Of a stretch of 64,000 nucleotides of DNA, positions 43,044 to 52,897 are shown piece after piece (position 1 is the stretch's first letter; each line of letters opens with the position of its first letter). The stretch is from the IMG/VR virus record IMGVR_UViG_3300045988_174823. One strand, written 5' to 3'. A model generated the notes under the pieces. That model saw only the letters and a list, made by a program, of their open reading frames with translations, was not told the DNA's origin and did no database searches. Position numbers and translations under genes: made by a program. The stretch comes from a virus.

Positions 43044-43843
43044 ATCGCGCTTTCTTTTTGTAACATCGCTGTAGCGTACAATAAGGCGCCAAATGACGCC
43101 ATGGCGATATTACGATCAACGTACATATTCCTTGACTGGTCGATTTCTATCAACACACGTCCATCATCCAACAATTCGAGGTGAACACGTCCGTACGTCA
43201 ACAGTTCCATCAACACGTCCTCCAAAGTAAACGCTGGCTGATAGCGGTGTGAACGTAAGATTTCGTACGCTCGCGGTTGATTGGTGGTGAGCAGTGCGCC
43301 TGATTGGTGTCCACGACGTAATAAATACCCTAATTGCTTTCGCGGTTTCAAGCCCCTTTTCAAGAGTTCTGCCGAAGCCATAGCAGGTAATACATCAGTA
43401 CCAATCAAAGACTCTGTATAGGCTTGTTTAGGGCCATATTGTGAGGGGTATTTATCGTCTGGGGTTGGGATACGCGGCAGACGTCCTTCCAACACACGTT
43501 TATCTACCAATTCCGAACGACCATCGGTGGTGTACCATTGACCGTCGTAGTATGACGGTCGGCGTTCAAACCAATGAAACGTACCATCAGCATCGGCGGT
43601 ATAATATCCAGGTTTGATAGCTACCATCGACGACGAACGCAGTTGGACATATTCACCGTTCTTTAGTGTAGCGCCATCCAACAAGACATTAGCTTGTTCA
43701 GGTGTTATGTGAGTGGACTTGGCCTCGCTAAAGAACAACTGATGGTCTTTAATCCTAATTGGGTGCCGGTTGGTGAGGATGTAACCCTCCACGGCGTGTC
43801 TAACCAACCAGGCCATGGCTGTCCAGTATTTCGTAGAACTCAC
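43040..43843 (-). CDS. hypothetical protein
   Basis: 267-aa ORF. Confidence 0.5.
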   Translation of the reverse strand: MSSTKYWTAMAWLVRHAVEGYILTNRHPIRIKDHQLFFSEAKSTHITPEQANVLLDGATLKNGEYVQLRSSSMVAIKPGYYTADADGTFHWFERRPSYYDGQWYTTDGRSELVDKRVLEGRLPRIPTPDDKYPSQYGPKQAYTESLIGTDVLPAMASAELLKRGLKPRKQLGYLLRRGHQSGALLTTNQPRAYEILRSHRYQPAFTLEDVLMELLTYGRVHLELLDDGRVLIEIDQSRNMYVDRNIAMASFGALLYATAMLQKESAI

Positions 43844-44270
43844 GCGGCCAAACGATATTATCAGGCAGTGGTACCAAGAACGACCCTAATGCCACGGCAA
43901 ATGCCTGCGCCACATCCTTCACTTCCCAACTTGCTATTCCGCAACCGATTTTAGTCACGTAGAATGTCTGTTCGGGGTGTTGGCTGGTGTAGAGGATGAA
44001 GCGGTCACATGCATCTATCAACGCTTTATACGGAACGTGTGTCTTTCGGTACAACGGGCGATTGGTGTAATCTTCTTCAACCTCGACGTACTCCATCGTC
44101 GGGATGGCGTAGCTTCGGCCCTGCGGACCTTCAGCTTGACCGTTTATGGCGCCAAAACGTTTCATCGCCGTGTAAGCCGCACCACCGCAGTGGTCACCGT
44201 CAGTATTAGAACCAAACACAAATACGCCATCGTCGGGCAGTTCGTCAATATTTTCAGGTGTAAATTTCAT
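43800..44270 (-). CDS. SLOG-superfamily (A1S_2505-like) nucleotide-binding or -processing protein
   Basis: VFVFGSNTDGDHCGGAAYTAMKRFGAINGQAEGPQGRSYAIPT matches the remembered N-terminal signature of this phage family. Confidence 0.45.
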   Translation of the reverse strand: MKFTPENIDELPDDGVFVFGSNTDGDHCGGAAYTAMKRFGAINGQAEGPQGRSYAIPTMEYVEVEEDYTNRPLYRKTHVPYKALIDACDRFILYTSQHPEQTFYVTKIGCGIASWEVKDVAQAFAVALGSFLVPLPDNIVWPREFYEILDSHGLVG

Positions 44271-44276
44271 AGGTAG

Positions 44277-44489
44277 TTAGATTTCTTCAATTTCTCCTCG
44301 TTGGAGTGCTTTCTTGTAGTTTACTAAATTAACCGATTCGACGTCCGAAGTGGAGCAATCAGGACCGATGAATTGAACGTTCATTGCGTTCTGTTCAGGG
44401 CGTATCTTTACCACGACAAATGTCGTGCCTACAGGCAACAGATACCTCTTCCCTACACGAAAGAACCGCGCTTTACTCTTCTTCGCCAT
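44277..44489 (-). CDS. hypothetical protein
   Basis: 70-aa ORF. Confidence 0.45.
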   Translation of the reverse strand: MAKKSKARFFRVGKRYLLPVGTTFVVVKIRPEQNAMNVQFIGPDCSTSDVESVNLVNYKKALQRGEIEEI

Positions 44490-45147
44490 CTACTTTCTTG
44501 ATTATTTTGGTGGCCGATTTGATAAGCGCCTCGGTGTCTTTCAACGCAGCTAACTGGTCCGCGGTGTACTCACGCCAACGGTCCTTGTTAATTAAACCGC
44601 TGATTTTAACGGCAATTCGCCGAACGTTTTCGCGTAGAGTGTCGTACTTGAGTATATCCAGCTGGCGAGTTGTAATGTACTGAAAATAACTACCCGTGAT
44701 GGTCTTTGTTTCACCCGATACCGTAATGACATTTTCGCTGGTAACGATGGGATCTACGTTGGGCACAGGTTCGCCACCCGTTGGCGTAAGGTCGTAGAAA
44801 TTCAACGGCACCAAATTATATTTTATCGAAAAAGAAAGAGCCGCTCCTGATTCCTCTTCAGTCACCCTGTAAATCTGCACTATCGAGCCGTGATTAAATC
44901 GGGCGACGAGGTCTCCAGAAAACAGCGTCGCAGGACACAGACAACGTTCGCGGAACTTTTCCAGGGGGATCAATACCGAATTTTTGGATGTAGGAAAGTT
45001 CTTGACGACTACCATCATTTCAGAACTCTCCGTCGTTTCTCCTGGCGTTTCCATTACAGGCATACAACCCGTGGTAAAGACTCGGGCGATGGTGTTATCG
45101 ACACGATAATACCATTCGCGATTTACATAATTTTCAACAGTTTTCAT
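44473..45147 (-). CDS. hypothetical protein
   Basis: 224-aa ORF. Confidence 0.5.
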   Translation of the reverse strand: MKTVENYVNREWYYRVDNTIARVFTTGCMPVMETPGETTESSEMMVVVKNFPTSKNSVLIPLEKFRERCLCPATLFSGDLVARFNHGSIVQIYRVTEEESGAALSFSIKYNLVPLNFYDLTPTGGEPVPNVDPIVTSENVITVSGETKTITGSYFQYITTRQLDILKYDTLRENVRRIAVKISGLINKDRWREYTADQLAALKDTEALIKSATKIIKKVDGEEE

Positions 45148-45542
45148 TATGCGTAGTTTTTACGTAATTCTTCCAATTTGGCAGTGTAAACCTCCATTAG
45201 AGCTGGATCGCAGGTCATACGGCGTTTCCAAACCTCGATATTTTCGGTGGCCGGAAGTACGTTTTTGTATTCAGAAGTTGAACTCTCATCAGCCCACGAA
45301 CGTTGAGCGTCGTCCATCATGTAGGCTACCAACTGCCATTCGTAGGGTGACTGGATTTCCGTGCGGAGGTATTCGTAATGTGCCAGGATTTCGATAGGAT
45401 CCTTGGTGCGAAACGCGAAGTCGGGGTCTGACGATTCCGAAAAGCCGCGCCCTCGGCCTATCAACCCCGACCGGAGCCACTGGTGATAAGCGGGCTTCCC
45501 ATCATCAGTATTACATTTCAAAAGGTAGTATAAATTTTTCAT
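45147..45542 (-). CDS. hypothetical protein
   Basis: The ATG at 45542 (MKNLYYLLKCNTDDGK...) is preferred. The upstream 51 codons of the track ORF are basic and low-complexity, and they overlap another ORF. Confidence 0.45.
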   Translation of the reverse strand: MKNLYYLLKCNTDDGKPAYHQWLRSGLIGRGRGFSESSDPDFAFRTKDPIEILAHYEYLRTEIQSPYEWQLVAYMMDDAQRSWADESSTSEYKNVLPATENIEVWKRRMTCDPALMEVYTAKLEELRKNYA

Positions 45543-45558
45543 CGTTGTTAAAAAGTTT

Positions 45559-45747
45559 TCATTTCTTAAAAACGTTGGCGATTTCTTTGGGCGACGGGAA
45601 TCGTGTCCGTTGGCGTGGTGCACGGCGGGGGAAATGACGCTCGATGGTTTCCTCTTCACGGTCCTCGATACGGTCTTCGGCCTTGTTGAGTTCATCCTCG
45701 TGAACCTTGGATCGGATATCTTCCGTTGAATGGTTGGCTGATGTCAT
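45559..45747 (-). CDS. small acidic hypothetical protein
   Basis: 62-aa ATG-initiated ORF overlapping the helicase 3' end by 56 nt. Coding status uncertain. Confidence 0.3.
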   Translation of the reverse strand: MTSANHSTEDIRSKVHEDELNKAEDRIEDREEETIERHFPRRAPRQRTRFPSPKEIANVFKK

Positions 45748-47227
45748 AACTTGCTTGATTTAAGGGAACGTATATTAGTGAATTTTTTGCGCGTGTAATG
45801 GCTACATATTTAAGGTTAGATTCTTGTTCCAACTGCCACGGCTGTGTAGCGAAGCGCGACGGGATAAGTTCTGGAGCCAGAAAGAACACATTGTCGCTTT
45901 CAAGGCCCTTGGATTTGTGGATAGTCATCAACATTATTCCCTCAAGGTCGTCGGTAAAAATTCCCTCGATTATTTCACGCAGTTCTGCTACCGTATCGGC
46001 TTCAACGGCCAACGCGCGTAACACTTCTATTTTCTCCAATAGTTCGTCCATCTTCGGCGACGCATCAGGGTTCTTCCAACCCTTAGCACGCAATTTCTGA
46101 GCCAGTTTGTCAGCTTCTTTCCAAAGTAGCTTTTCCAACTCGTCGATAGTACGGGCTCCTGTCTTGGATACCAAATCCACCAAACTGCGGCCGATGTCCT
46201 TGCCACGAACGCGTGATTTAATCTTGTTTTTCAACAACCACAGGTAAACCTCCACCAGCGGGCGCAGGTTACGGCATATTATCCAATCACCGTCCTCAAT
46301 GTCGTTCAAAGAGCCGACGCTGACCTCGCCCTCGTGAGCGCGTTCGTAGGGACGTATATAGGGAACAATTTTTTCGGCTTCTTCGACAATACGGCGTCCA
46401 CAGCGATAACAAACCGACAACGGCATTTCCACACTTTCGCCATTTAATTCAGCCAACCGGGAATAACTGTTGGCGTCGGCGCCTGCAAAACCGTATATAG
46501 CTTGACGTGGATCGCCAACGGTTATCAACCGTGAACGGCGGTCCAGCGCGTGTTTTATCAATTCGTGCTGCAGGAGACTCATATCCTGGCTCTCGTCCAC
46601 CATTATCACCTCATACTTACGGAAGCGAATACTGGGGTCCGTCACCGGGACATACAACATATCGGTAAAATCAAACTGTGAATGGTCAGCAGCTCCCTTG
46701 GCAAACGTTTCCAATGCCAGTTGTTTCTCCAGCAAGTCACAGTCGATATCGTGATATTCGCACAATGCCTCAATTTCGCCGATTTCAGGACGGCAAAGCG
46801 ACGTCCGCATCAAATCTACTATCTTCGGAATTAAATAAAACAGATATCCCTTTTTACGCCTCAACAACAATTCCTGTACCTGCTCGTCGCGGGCGTGATG
46901 TTTCAACACCACTTCTAACTTGGCTATGGACTTATTCGGGTTCATCTGGGCGGTACGGCCGTACCGACGTAGCAACAACCGCCACCCATAGGAGTGCAAC
47001 GTCATTATATCGACGTTCGGGCGACGGTTTCGGGCCTGCAATTCCTTCACGATGGAATTGTTGAAGGCCATGAAGATGATGGATTTTCCACGTGGTATGC
47101 GTTCCAAGCAACCGAGTAGAGTGGTAGTCTTACCACTGCCAGCCACAGCGTTAACATTGATATTGTGGTTTGTAGTAGCTACCTCATTGTATATTGCCTG
47201 TTGATAAGGCGACGGCTGAAAAGCCAT
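45692..47227 (-). CDS. SF1 UvrD/PcrA/Rep-like DNA helicase
   Basis: Motifs AVAGSGKTTTL (Walker A), VIMVDESQDMS (motif II), TIHKSKGLESDNVFF and YVAITRAKNSL (motif VI). Confidence 0.9.
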   Translation of the reverse strand: MAFQPSPYQQAIYNEVATTNHNINVNAVAGSGKTTTLLGCLERIPRGKSIIFMAFNNSIVKELQARNRRPNVDIMTLHSYGWRLLLRRYGRTAQMNPNKSIAKLEVVLKHHARDEQVQELLLRRKKGYLFYLIPKIVDLMRTSLCRPEIGEIEALCEYHDIDCDLLEKQLALETFAKGAADHSQFDFTDMLYVPVTDPSIRFRKYEVIMVDESQDMSLLQHELIKHALDRRSRLITVGDPRQAIYGFAGADANSYSRLAELNGESVEMPLSVCYRCGRRIVEEAEKIVPYIRPYERAHEGEVSVGSLNDIEDGDWIICRNLRPLVEVYLWLLKNKIKSRVRGKDIGRSLVDLVSKTGARTIDELEKLLWKEADKLAQKLRAKGWKNPDASPKMDELLEKIEVLRALAVEADTVAELREIIEGIFTDDLEGIMLMTIHKSKGLESDNVFFLAPELIPSRFATQPWQLEQESNLKYVAITRAKNSLIYVPLNQASYDISQPFNGRYPIQGSRG

Positions 47228-47259
47228 GACGATTTTGTTTTACAATTTTGTTACTGATA

Positions 47260-47583
47260 CTATCCGCGAGTCGATGTCCAGTAAATCCATTTGACGCTTT
47301 TGTGAAACTGGAAATTCAGCGCTTTCTGGTTCTGTACGATGGATTCGAGTTTCGACAGCACAGCCGCCTTTCCTCGATGTATATCTAACGACTCTAAGCG
47401 TATAAACGCTGTAATATCATACCCCGTTACCTCGCAGTAGTCGATTGACGCCACGTTGGACTCTACTGACGGTGTAAATTTGTTTACTAAGAACACCAAC
47501 GGGTCGTTACCGTACATCCAAACCTCCAAAACGGCAAAACCGCTTTCCAAAATGGTGGTGATGATTTCAATCTTTCTTTCCAT
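47260..47583 (-). CDS. hypothetical protein
   Basis: 107-aa ORF. Confidence 0.5.
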   Translation of the reverse strand: MERKIEIITTILESGFAVLEVWMYGNDPLVFLVNKFTPSVESNVASIDYCEVTGYDITAFIRLESLDIHRGKAAVLSKLESIVQNQKALNFQFHKSVKWIYWTSTRG

Positions 47584-48205
47584 TGTGATATTCCTTTTTG
47601 ATGTTTTCTAATAGCTTTTTCATGCGTACCAACGCGCGGCTGTAAAGGTTTTCGGTGACGTCAGGATTATCGGCCAAGAACTCTGATTTACGCTGGCCTG
47701 CTAATCGCGACATCGTGATCCTTCGTTCCAAATCAGTAAATCCCAGTGTGTCAAACGTTATTTCCATATCGTTGACATAACCTGGAGTGCGCATATCGGG
47801 GTGCGAAGACTCTACGGCGTCCGATATTTCACCATGACGTGCCTTGAGGTTCTTCTTGTAGAGTGTGTAGAAATTACGCGCGATAGATTTGTTGAAATAG
47901 AAATAGAAATTCGCACCCGGAAGGATGGTAAACTTTTCTATACATTTGTCAAACATCGCGTAACAATCGGCAATGGCTTCGTCGCGTGAGGGGATATCCG
48001 GCGTGTTAGAACCGTTCAACAGATTGATGTAGTTCGTGATGTTTTTCAACACGATATGCCCCATCATCCTGAATACAAGGTTACGATACGCAGACGCCCG
48101 GCGCGGGTCGTCACAATGTCTGATGATGAGAATACATTTATTCACCAGCCCGATTCGGTATTTGAATGACTGGCGAAACATTTGACGCTCGACCGACTTA
48201 CGCAT
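47567..48205 (-). CDS. sigma-70-family (ECF-like, regions 2 and 4) sigma factor
   Basis: Region-2-like AIADCYAMFDKCIEKFTILPGANFYFYFNKSIARNFYTLYKK. Region-4-like LGFTDLERRITMSRLAGQRKSEFLADNPDVTENLYSRALVRMKKLL. Confidence 0.6.
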   Translation of the reverse strand: MRKSVERQMFRQSFKYRIGLVNKCILIIRHCDDPRRASAYRNLVFRMMGHIVLKNITNYINLLNGSNTPDIPSRDEAIADCYAMFDKCIEKFTILPGANFYFYFNKSIARNFYTLYKKNLKARHGEISDAVESSHPDMRTPGYVNDMEITFDTLGFTDLERRITMSRLAGQRKSEFLADNPDVTENLYSRALVRMKKLLENIKKEYHNGKKD

Positions 48206-48213
48206 AACCGCTT

Positions 48214-48543
48214 CTATTTTTTCAACATCGACTTAGCTTCAGCACGAACGGCAGCCAACTTTGCGCGGCGTTCCGGAGCGATTTTCTTCTTGAAGTGTTC
48301 ATGAGAGCGCCGCTTTAGGGATTCCTGCTTCTGCTCCTTGGACATCGCTCTAAAACGGCCGAAATAGATACCTTTCAGGTCAGCGGGCGTTTCCTTTTTG
48401 ATTTCTTCACGTATCTTACCACAAGCCGGGCACGGCGATTGCTTACAGAACGGCTTACCGTCACGCATCACCACGCTTACCGATGAATAGTAGTCGCGCT
48501 GGTCGTAGCGCGGACATTCGGGGTTTTTACAAACGAATTCCAT
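48214..48543 (-). CDS. Zn-ribbon protein with basic tail
   Basis: 109 aa with CKNPECPRY ... CPACGK. Confidence 0.5.
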   Translation of the reverse strand: MEFVCKNPECPRYDQRDYYSSVSVVMRDGKPFCKQSPCPACGKIREEIKKETPADLKGIYFGRFRAMSKEQKQESLKRRSHEHFKKKIAPERRAKLAAVRAEAKSMLKK

Positions 48544-48551
48544 AGGGCTGA

Positions 48552-49025
48552 TTATTGACGGCTACCGTACAACGCAATCAGCATCGCGTCGCAAGTGGCC
48601 AAAGTTACGTTGAATTGCGGGAATAGCTGCTGGGCCTTAGCTTTGAGTTTGTTCTTCCATTCGGTCTTGGTCATCTTGCCGCGAACGCCGAGTTGAAATT
48701 CCTTCTGCCATTTCTGGGGTGTTACGGTCTCGGTCGGAATACGACACGCCAACAGAGCCATCTCTAAATGACCGTAACCGCGGCCGAAATTGAACATCGC
48801 GTTGGCGCCGTTACCCGGTATGCCTCCAACCTTCTCCAAATAGCATTTCGAGTTGAGCGAATGGAGTTTCAGGAACGCCAAAAGGTCAGTTGGTGTTTCG
48901 GGCATTTTTACCGCCGCCACCAACCGACCTTTGTCAATGGAGTAAACTCCGATACCACCTGCGGCTCCGGGGTCTATGCCGATTATCAATCGGTCCTTGT
49001 AGTAGGTTGTTACAGATGATTTCAT
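48552..49025 (-). CDS. ruvC: RuvC-like Holliday junction resolvase
   Basis: LIIGIDPGAAGGIGVY N-terminal catalytic Asp motif and C-terminal TCDAMLIALYG. Confidence 0.7.
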   Translation of the reverse strand: MKSSVTTYYKDRLIIGIDPGAAGGIGVYSIDKGRLVAAVKMPETPTDLLAFLKLHSLNSKCYLEKVGGIPGNGANAMFNFGRGYGHLEMALLACRIPTETVTPQKWQKEFQLGVRGKMTKTEWKNKLKAKAQQLFPQFNVTLATCDAMLIALYGSRQ

Positions 49026-49044
49026 CGTTATATCTTAGTTGAAA

Positions 49045-49896
49045 CTATAAGATAATAACGTTGGTGCGAATCATACCCTTGAACCACCCATCAGGTACGG
49101 GAACTCCCTTTGGTAAACGTTTATTTTTCAATCCATTATTAATCCATACAAATTTCGTTCCGGTTAGCGGATGTGGATGGGTAGAATAGTATTTCTTCAT
49201 CCGTTCCGACACCACATTTTTATGTTTACTATAATATTTCTTGTTAGCTTCAGAAATTTTGCGTTTAGTATCATCCGACATTGCGCCTCGTACACGCCCT
49301 GACATAATTTCCGAATGTCTTCTTTTCCATTCTTCGGTGTGATGTTTACCGCGCAACGCCTCGGCAACTTTGTTTATGTGCTCTTGAGTCTTTTTCTTTC
49401 CTCTTAACGCTTTCGATATCTTTTCGCGGTGTTCTGCAGTGATAATTCTCCCGATAAGAGATTGGGACTTCTTGGCTTTTGACTCTTCTGATTGCTTAAT
49501 TCCTGTCATCCGAATCCTTATTGCTTCTCGCGCTGCTGGAGAAGATAACCTCCGTTTAGCGGCGATTGACATTTTACACTTAACCTCAGGAATTTTAGCC
49601 GGGTTTACTTGACCAAACATATTCGATGAACCCGGAAGGATGTTATATCCTATGTCCTTTTCAGTCGAGTGCAGCTTCTTGATGTAAAGCATCTCCCAAG
49701 CATCCAACTGAGGTTGTGTGTCGCAAATACGGAGCGTTTCACGCTTGAAATTCTCAGGGCCGTAATGTCTAACAGCTAAGAGCAAGTTCCTTCCGCTTCC
49801 CAAATACCCGTCGAATTCGTCAGATTCACAAACGTGTTAACCGATGTAAATCTTGCCGTTGACGAGGTTCGTAGTTTTGTAAATTATACCGTACAT
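49045..49896 (-). pseudogene. free-standing GIY-YIG homing endonuclease gene with an in-frame TAA at codon 20
   Basis: MYGIIYKTTNLVNGKIYIG*HVCESDEFDGYLGSG.... The TAA at 49839-49837 replaces the CAA found in the paralog at 59772. The rest of the frame stays open (NUMOD-like C-terminus). The first 32 nt are identical to copy 2. Confidence 0.75.
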
Positions 49897-49936
49897 ATTA
49901 CCAGTTTTGTACGGTTATAATTGTTTAGTAGGCTTA

Positions 49937-51808
49937 TTAGACAAGTGTAGAAACGCCGTCTATTTTACGAACACAAATAACGCTATCAAAGAAAGAGGGG
50001 TCTTCTATATTCTGAGTGATAAGTAAAATGGTTGTTTTAAGCCGTTTCATCGTTTTAACGATAGACATAGTTCCCAGTGAATCGACCCCACTCAGACTTT
50101 CGTCTAATAACAACATGTCCAAGCCGCGTCCATCGGTACTCATGTTAAGCAAACGCTGAACTCCTAAAAGAGCCGCAATACCTACTCGTTGTCGCTCACC
50201 GCCAGAGTACGTTGCGTAACCGTTAGTAGATATTCCATCCGAAGATATGAAGACTTCCATTTTATCACGCGCATCGCCATTCTTAAGCGTTTGAAACGGA
50301 GTAATATGTAAGCGAAAATCCATGTCCATTATCTCCAAGAATCGGTTGGCGCTACCTGTCAAAGCGTCAATTGCTTTGTTAGCGAGATACGTAGTGAACC
50401 CGTTCTTGCCCATATGGAAGTCCCAGAACGCCATCGACTCGGCCAAATACCGGAAGTCGGCCAGTTCGGCCTTAGCGGTCTTTAGTTCGGCTTTGGCTGC
50501 TTTAATCTTACTTTCGATAGATTTAATTGAAGTATCCTCGGCGGCGGCTTGTTTAGCCGCTTCAATACGTTTAGCCAGATCTTCCTTACGACGGTCGATT
50601 TCATCCATCTGGCGTTTCAACCTGTCGGCCCGGTCGCGAATGTCCTTCATGTTACGCTTTACACGAGCCAGTTCAGCTTCCACCTGTTCGTAGTCCCGTT
50701 GTTTTTCTTCGAGTTCTTCAAGCGCCTTTTCGGCCTTTTTGACGTCCAGCGCAAACTGTTCGTCGTCGCGTTCCAGCTGGGCGATATTCCTACGAATCTG
50801 GGCTGGGGTAAGGTTAAGTTCGCTATTGGGGAGAAACTGCTCGCCACACTTAGGACATTCGATAACACCCTCCAACGCCAATTCCAAATCGACCTTAGCG
50901 CGGCGATTCTTCTTGCGTTGGTTTTTGAGGGTAGTAATATTATCCTCCGCCGCGGCGATATCTTCCGCAAAGTTCGGCGCAGTTTCCAGCTGTTGTTCGA
51001 ATTGAATGCGTTTAGTCTTTTCTTCCTCGAATTCGCGGCGAATTTCCTTGGCTTGAATACCAAGCAAGGCAGCATCCTTAATGTATTCGCCAAGCAGATC
51101 ACGCATTCCCTTGATATTGGTCGCTGAAGCGTTATTGGCTTTTAACTCCTTCAGGTTCTCTTCGAGGGTCTCGATCTTGGTATTCAGCGTAAGTGCCTTT
51201 GTATCGTATTCCGCCACACGCTCGTCGGCGGTCTTGTGATCGGCCTTGATAGCGTCCAAAACAGGCTGGAGCATATCAGCATTAGTGATACGGTTCAGAA
51301 TCTCCTTTTTGGTAGTATCGGGTGCGGTCAGAAAGTTGTACTGACGATCCTGGCTGATAATGTAGTAGCGGAGGAGATCCTCACGGCTCAGTCCCAGCAA
51401 CTCCAATACTCGCTTATCTACCTCGGCCACGGACGTCAACTGAGTGTTCTCATGGCCGTTTTCGAAGAGCGCGGCCTTTGCGCTTCGCTTACGATAAAAG
51501 CGACGACGAATCTCCATAGTGTGGTGAAGAACATCGTTAGCCAACTGCATCGCCACCCACGCTTCGTCGCTGGAACGGTTGATGGCCTTATCGCGCGTGA
51601 TAGGTGTATCGCGTGGCAACAAATCGCCTGTAAGCGCCAGTGATATCGCTTCGAACAGCGTCGATTTACCGGAGCCGTTATTCAGTGAACCGCGGTCGGT
51701 CTGGTTATCGCCGAATATTACCGTACATTCGCCGCGCTTGAATACTACCTCGGCCCGGTCACGAAACGCGAACAAGCCGCCAAATTCTATTTTTACAGGA
51801 TACCACAT
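49937..51808 (-). CDS. Rad50/SbcC-like ATPase (T4 gp46-like)
   Basis: NGSGKSTLFEAISLALTG Walker A, central coiled coil with CPKCGEQF hook, YSGGERQRVGIAALLG signature and MLLLDESLSGVD Walker B. Confidence 0.9.
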   Translation of the reverse strand: MWYPVKIEFGGLFAFRDRAEVVFKRGECTVIFGDNQTDRGSLNNGSGKSTLFEAISLALTGDLLPRDTPITRDKAINRSSDEAWVAMQLANDVLHHTMEIRRRFYRKRSAKAALFENGHENTQLTSVAEVDKRVLELLGLSREDLLRYYIISQDRQYNFLTAPDTTKKEILNRITNADMLQPVLDAIKADHKTADERVAEYDTKALTLNTKIETLEENLKELKANNASATNIKGMRDLLGEYIKDAALLGIQAKEIRREFEEEKTKRIQFEQQLETAPNFAEDIAAAEDNITTLKNQRKKNRRAKVDLELALEGVIECPKCGEQFLPNSELNLTPAQIRRNIAQLERDDEQFALDVKKAEKALEELEEKQRDYEQVEAELARVKRNMKDIRDRADRLKRQMDEIDRRKEDLAKRIEAAKQAAAEDTSIKSIESKIKAAKAELKTAKAELADFRYLAESMAFWDFHMGKNGFTTYLANKAIDALTGSANRFLEIMDMDFRLHITPFQTLKNGDARDKMEVFISSDGISTNGYATYSGGERQRVGIAALLGVQRLLNMSTDGRGLDMLLLDESLSGVDSLGTMSIVKTMKRLKTTILLITQNIEDPSFFDSVICVRKIDGVSTLV

Positions 51809-51809
51809 A

Positions 51810-52868
51810 TCACAGTTCTTTAAGCATCGCCAGGCCCTCTTTCATACGCTCGCCACGTATGTCGCGTTCCTTACAGAATTCCATGAAATTCTTAACGATG
51901 GTTGATTTACGGAACGTTACAATCTTCTCAGGGTCGGCCGCTGTGGCCATGGCTGCGGCAGTTTCGTCAGCTTGAAACTTGATTTCGATACCCACGGCCG
52001 AGAACTCTGAAGCGTTGAGTTTCTCGCAATCGGCTTTAGACCCCGTTACGACGATTCTGACGCGATCATAATCCTCGCCGGAGTACTTATCCATGAGGTT
52101 ACGCAAAGTCGCTGTATCGGTCGCTGAGACAGTTTCACGGATATACCGCGGAAAGCGTAACGGGCGGTGCTCCCATGTGCCGTCATCATACACGATGGTC
52201 ACCCCCTTATCGTCGGCCGTTTCGCCAAAGTTGTTCTGGCACATCGAACCCAGATAGTGGACCTTTTCACCCACGTCCGAGGCGTTATGATAATGGCCTA
52301 CAAACACCGCGTCGTAGTTACGGAACATATCCGGACGGATGTCGCTTTCAACCTGCGTACCGTCGTTATTACGAACGCCCTCCACAGCCACGTGCGTTAT
52401 CATGAACCGCGGCCCGTCAAACGTTTCGCGTTCCAAACCGTTATCGACGGCCAGTTTCTCCTCTAACCACTTGGCGTCGCCATAGTAGGGTATCAACACG
52501 AACGACACCCCATTCCACACAAACTCCGACGCCCGGCTTACAACCGTAGCCGCTCCCGGGCACGCGCTGAGGTAGCTGCGATCGGAGTTCGGGTCGGTCT
52601 TATCGTGGTTGCCGGGGATAGCCGCGATTTCCAGTCCACGCGCTTCAGCTTCTTCGGTAATTTCACGCCAAGCGTCGAGGACTTCCAAAGGTTGTGCCGA
52701 GCGGGACGTGAATACGTCACCGCCCAGAATCACAATCTTACAACCTATTTCTTCAGCCAGCGCAAACGTCTGGTTGAATAAATCCCGTACCACCATCACG
52801 TTGTCTTTCGACAAGTGAGGGTCGAAACCTAAGATGGCCACAGGACTTTTGTTCGATTTCCGTTTCAT
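51810..52868 (-). CDS. Mre11/SbcD-like nuclease (T4 gp47-like)
   Basis: Motifs ILGFDPHLS, ILGGDVFTS, IPGNHD, ITHVAVEG and FVGHYHN. The ATG at 52868 is preferred (no overlap with the upstream gene). Confidence 0.85.
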   Translation of the reverse strand: MKRKSNKSPVAILGFDPHLSKDNVMVVRDLFNQTFALAEEIGCKIVILGGDVFTSRSAQPLEVLDAWREITEEAEARGLEIAAIPGNHDKTDPNSDRSYLSACPGAATVVSRASEFVWNGVSFVLIPYYGDAKWLEEKLAVDNGLERETFDGPRFMITHVAVEGVRNNDGTQVESDIRPDMFRNYDAVFVGHYHNASDVGEKVHYLGSMCQNNFGETADDKGVTIVYDDGTWEHRPLRFPRYIRETVSATDTATLRNLMDKYSGEDYDRVRIVVTGSKADCEKLNASEFSAVGIEIKFQADETAAAMATAADPEKIVTFRKSTIVKNFMEFCKERDIRGERMKEGLAMLKEL

Positions 52869-52897
52869 TTTGTAAAGTTTACCGAGATAAACGTTGG

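Noticed and set aside
45543-45695. N-terminal 51 codons of track ORF 45147-45695
   Set aside because: The segment is basic and low-complexity (…RPKTVSRTVKRKPSSVISPAVHHANGHDSRRPKK…), starts at a non-ATG codon and overlaps an ATG-initiated acidic ORF. The ATG at 45542 gives a sensible start.
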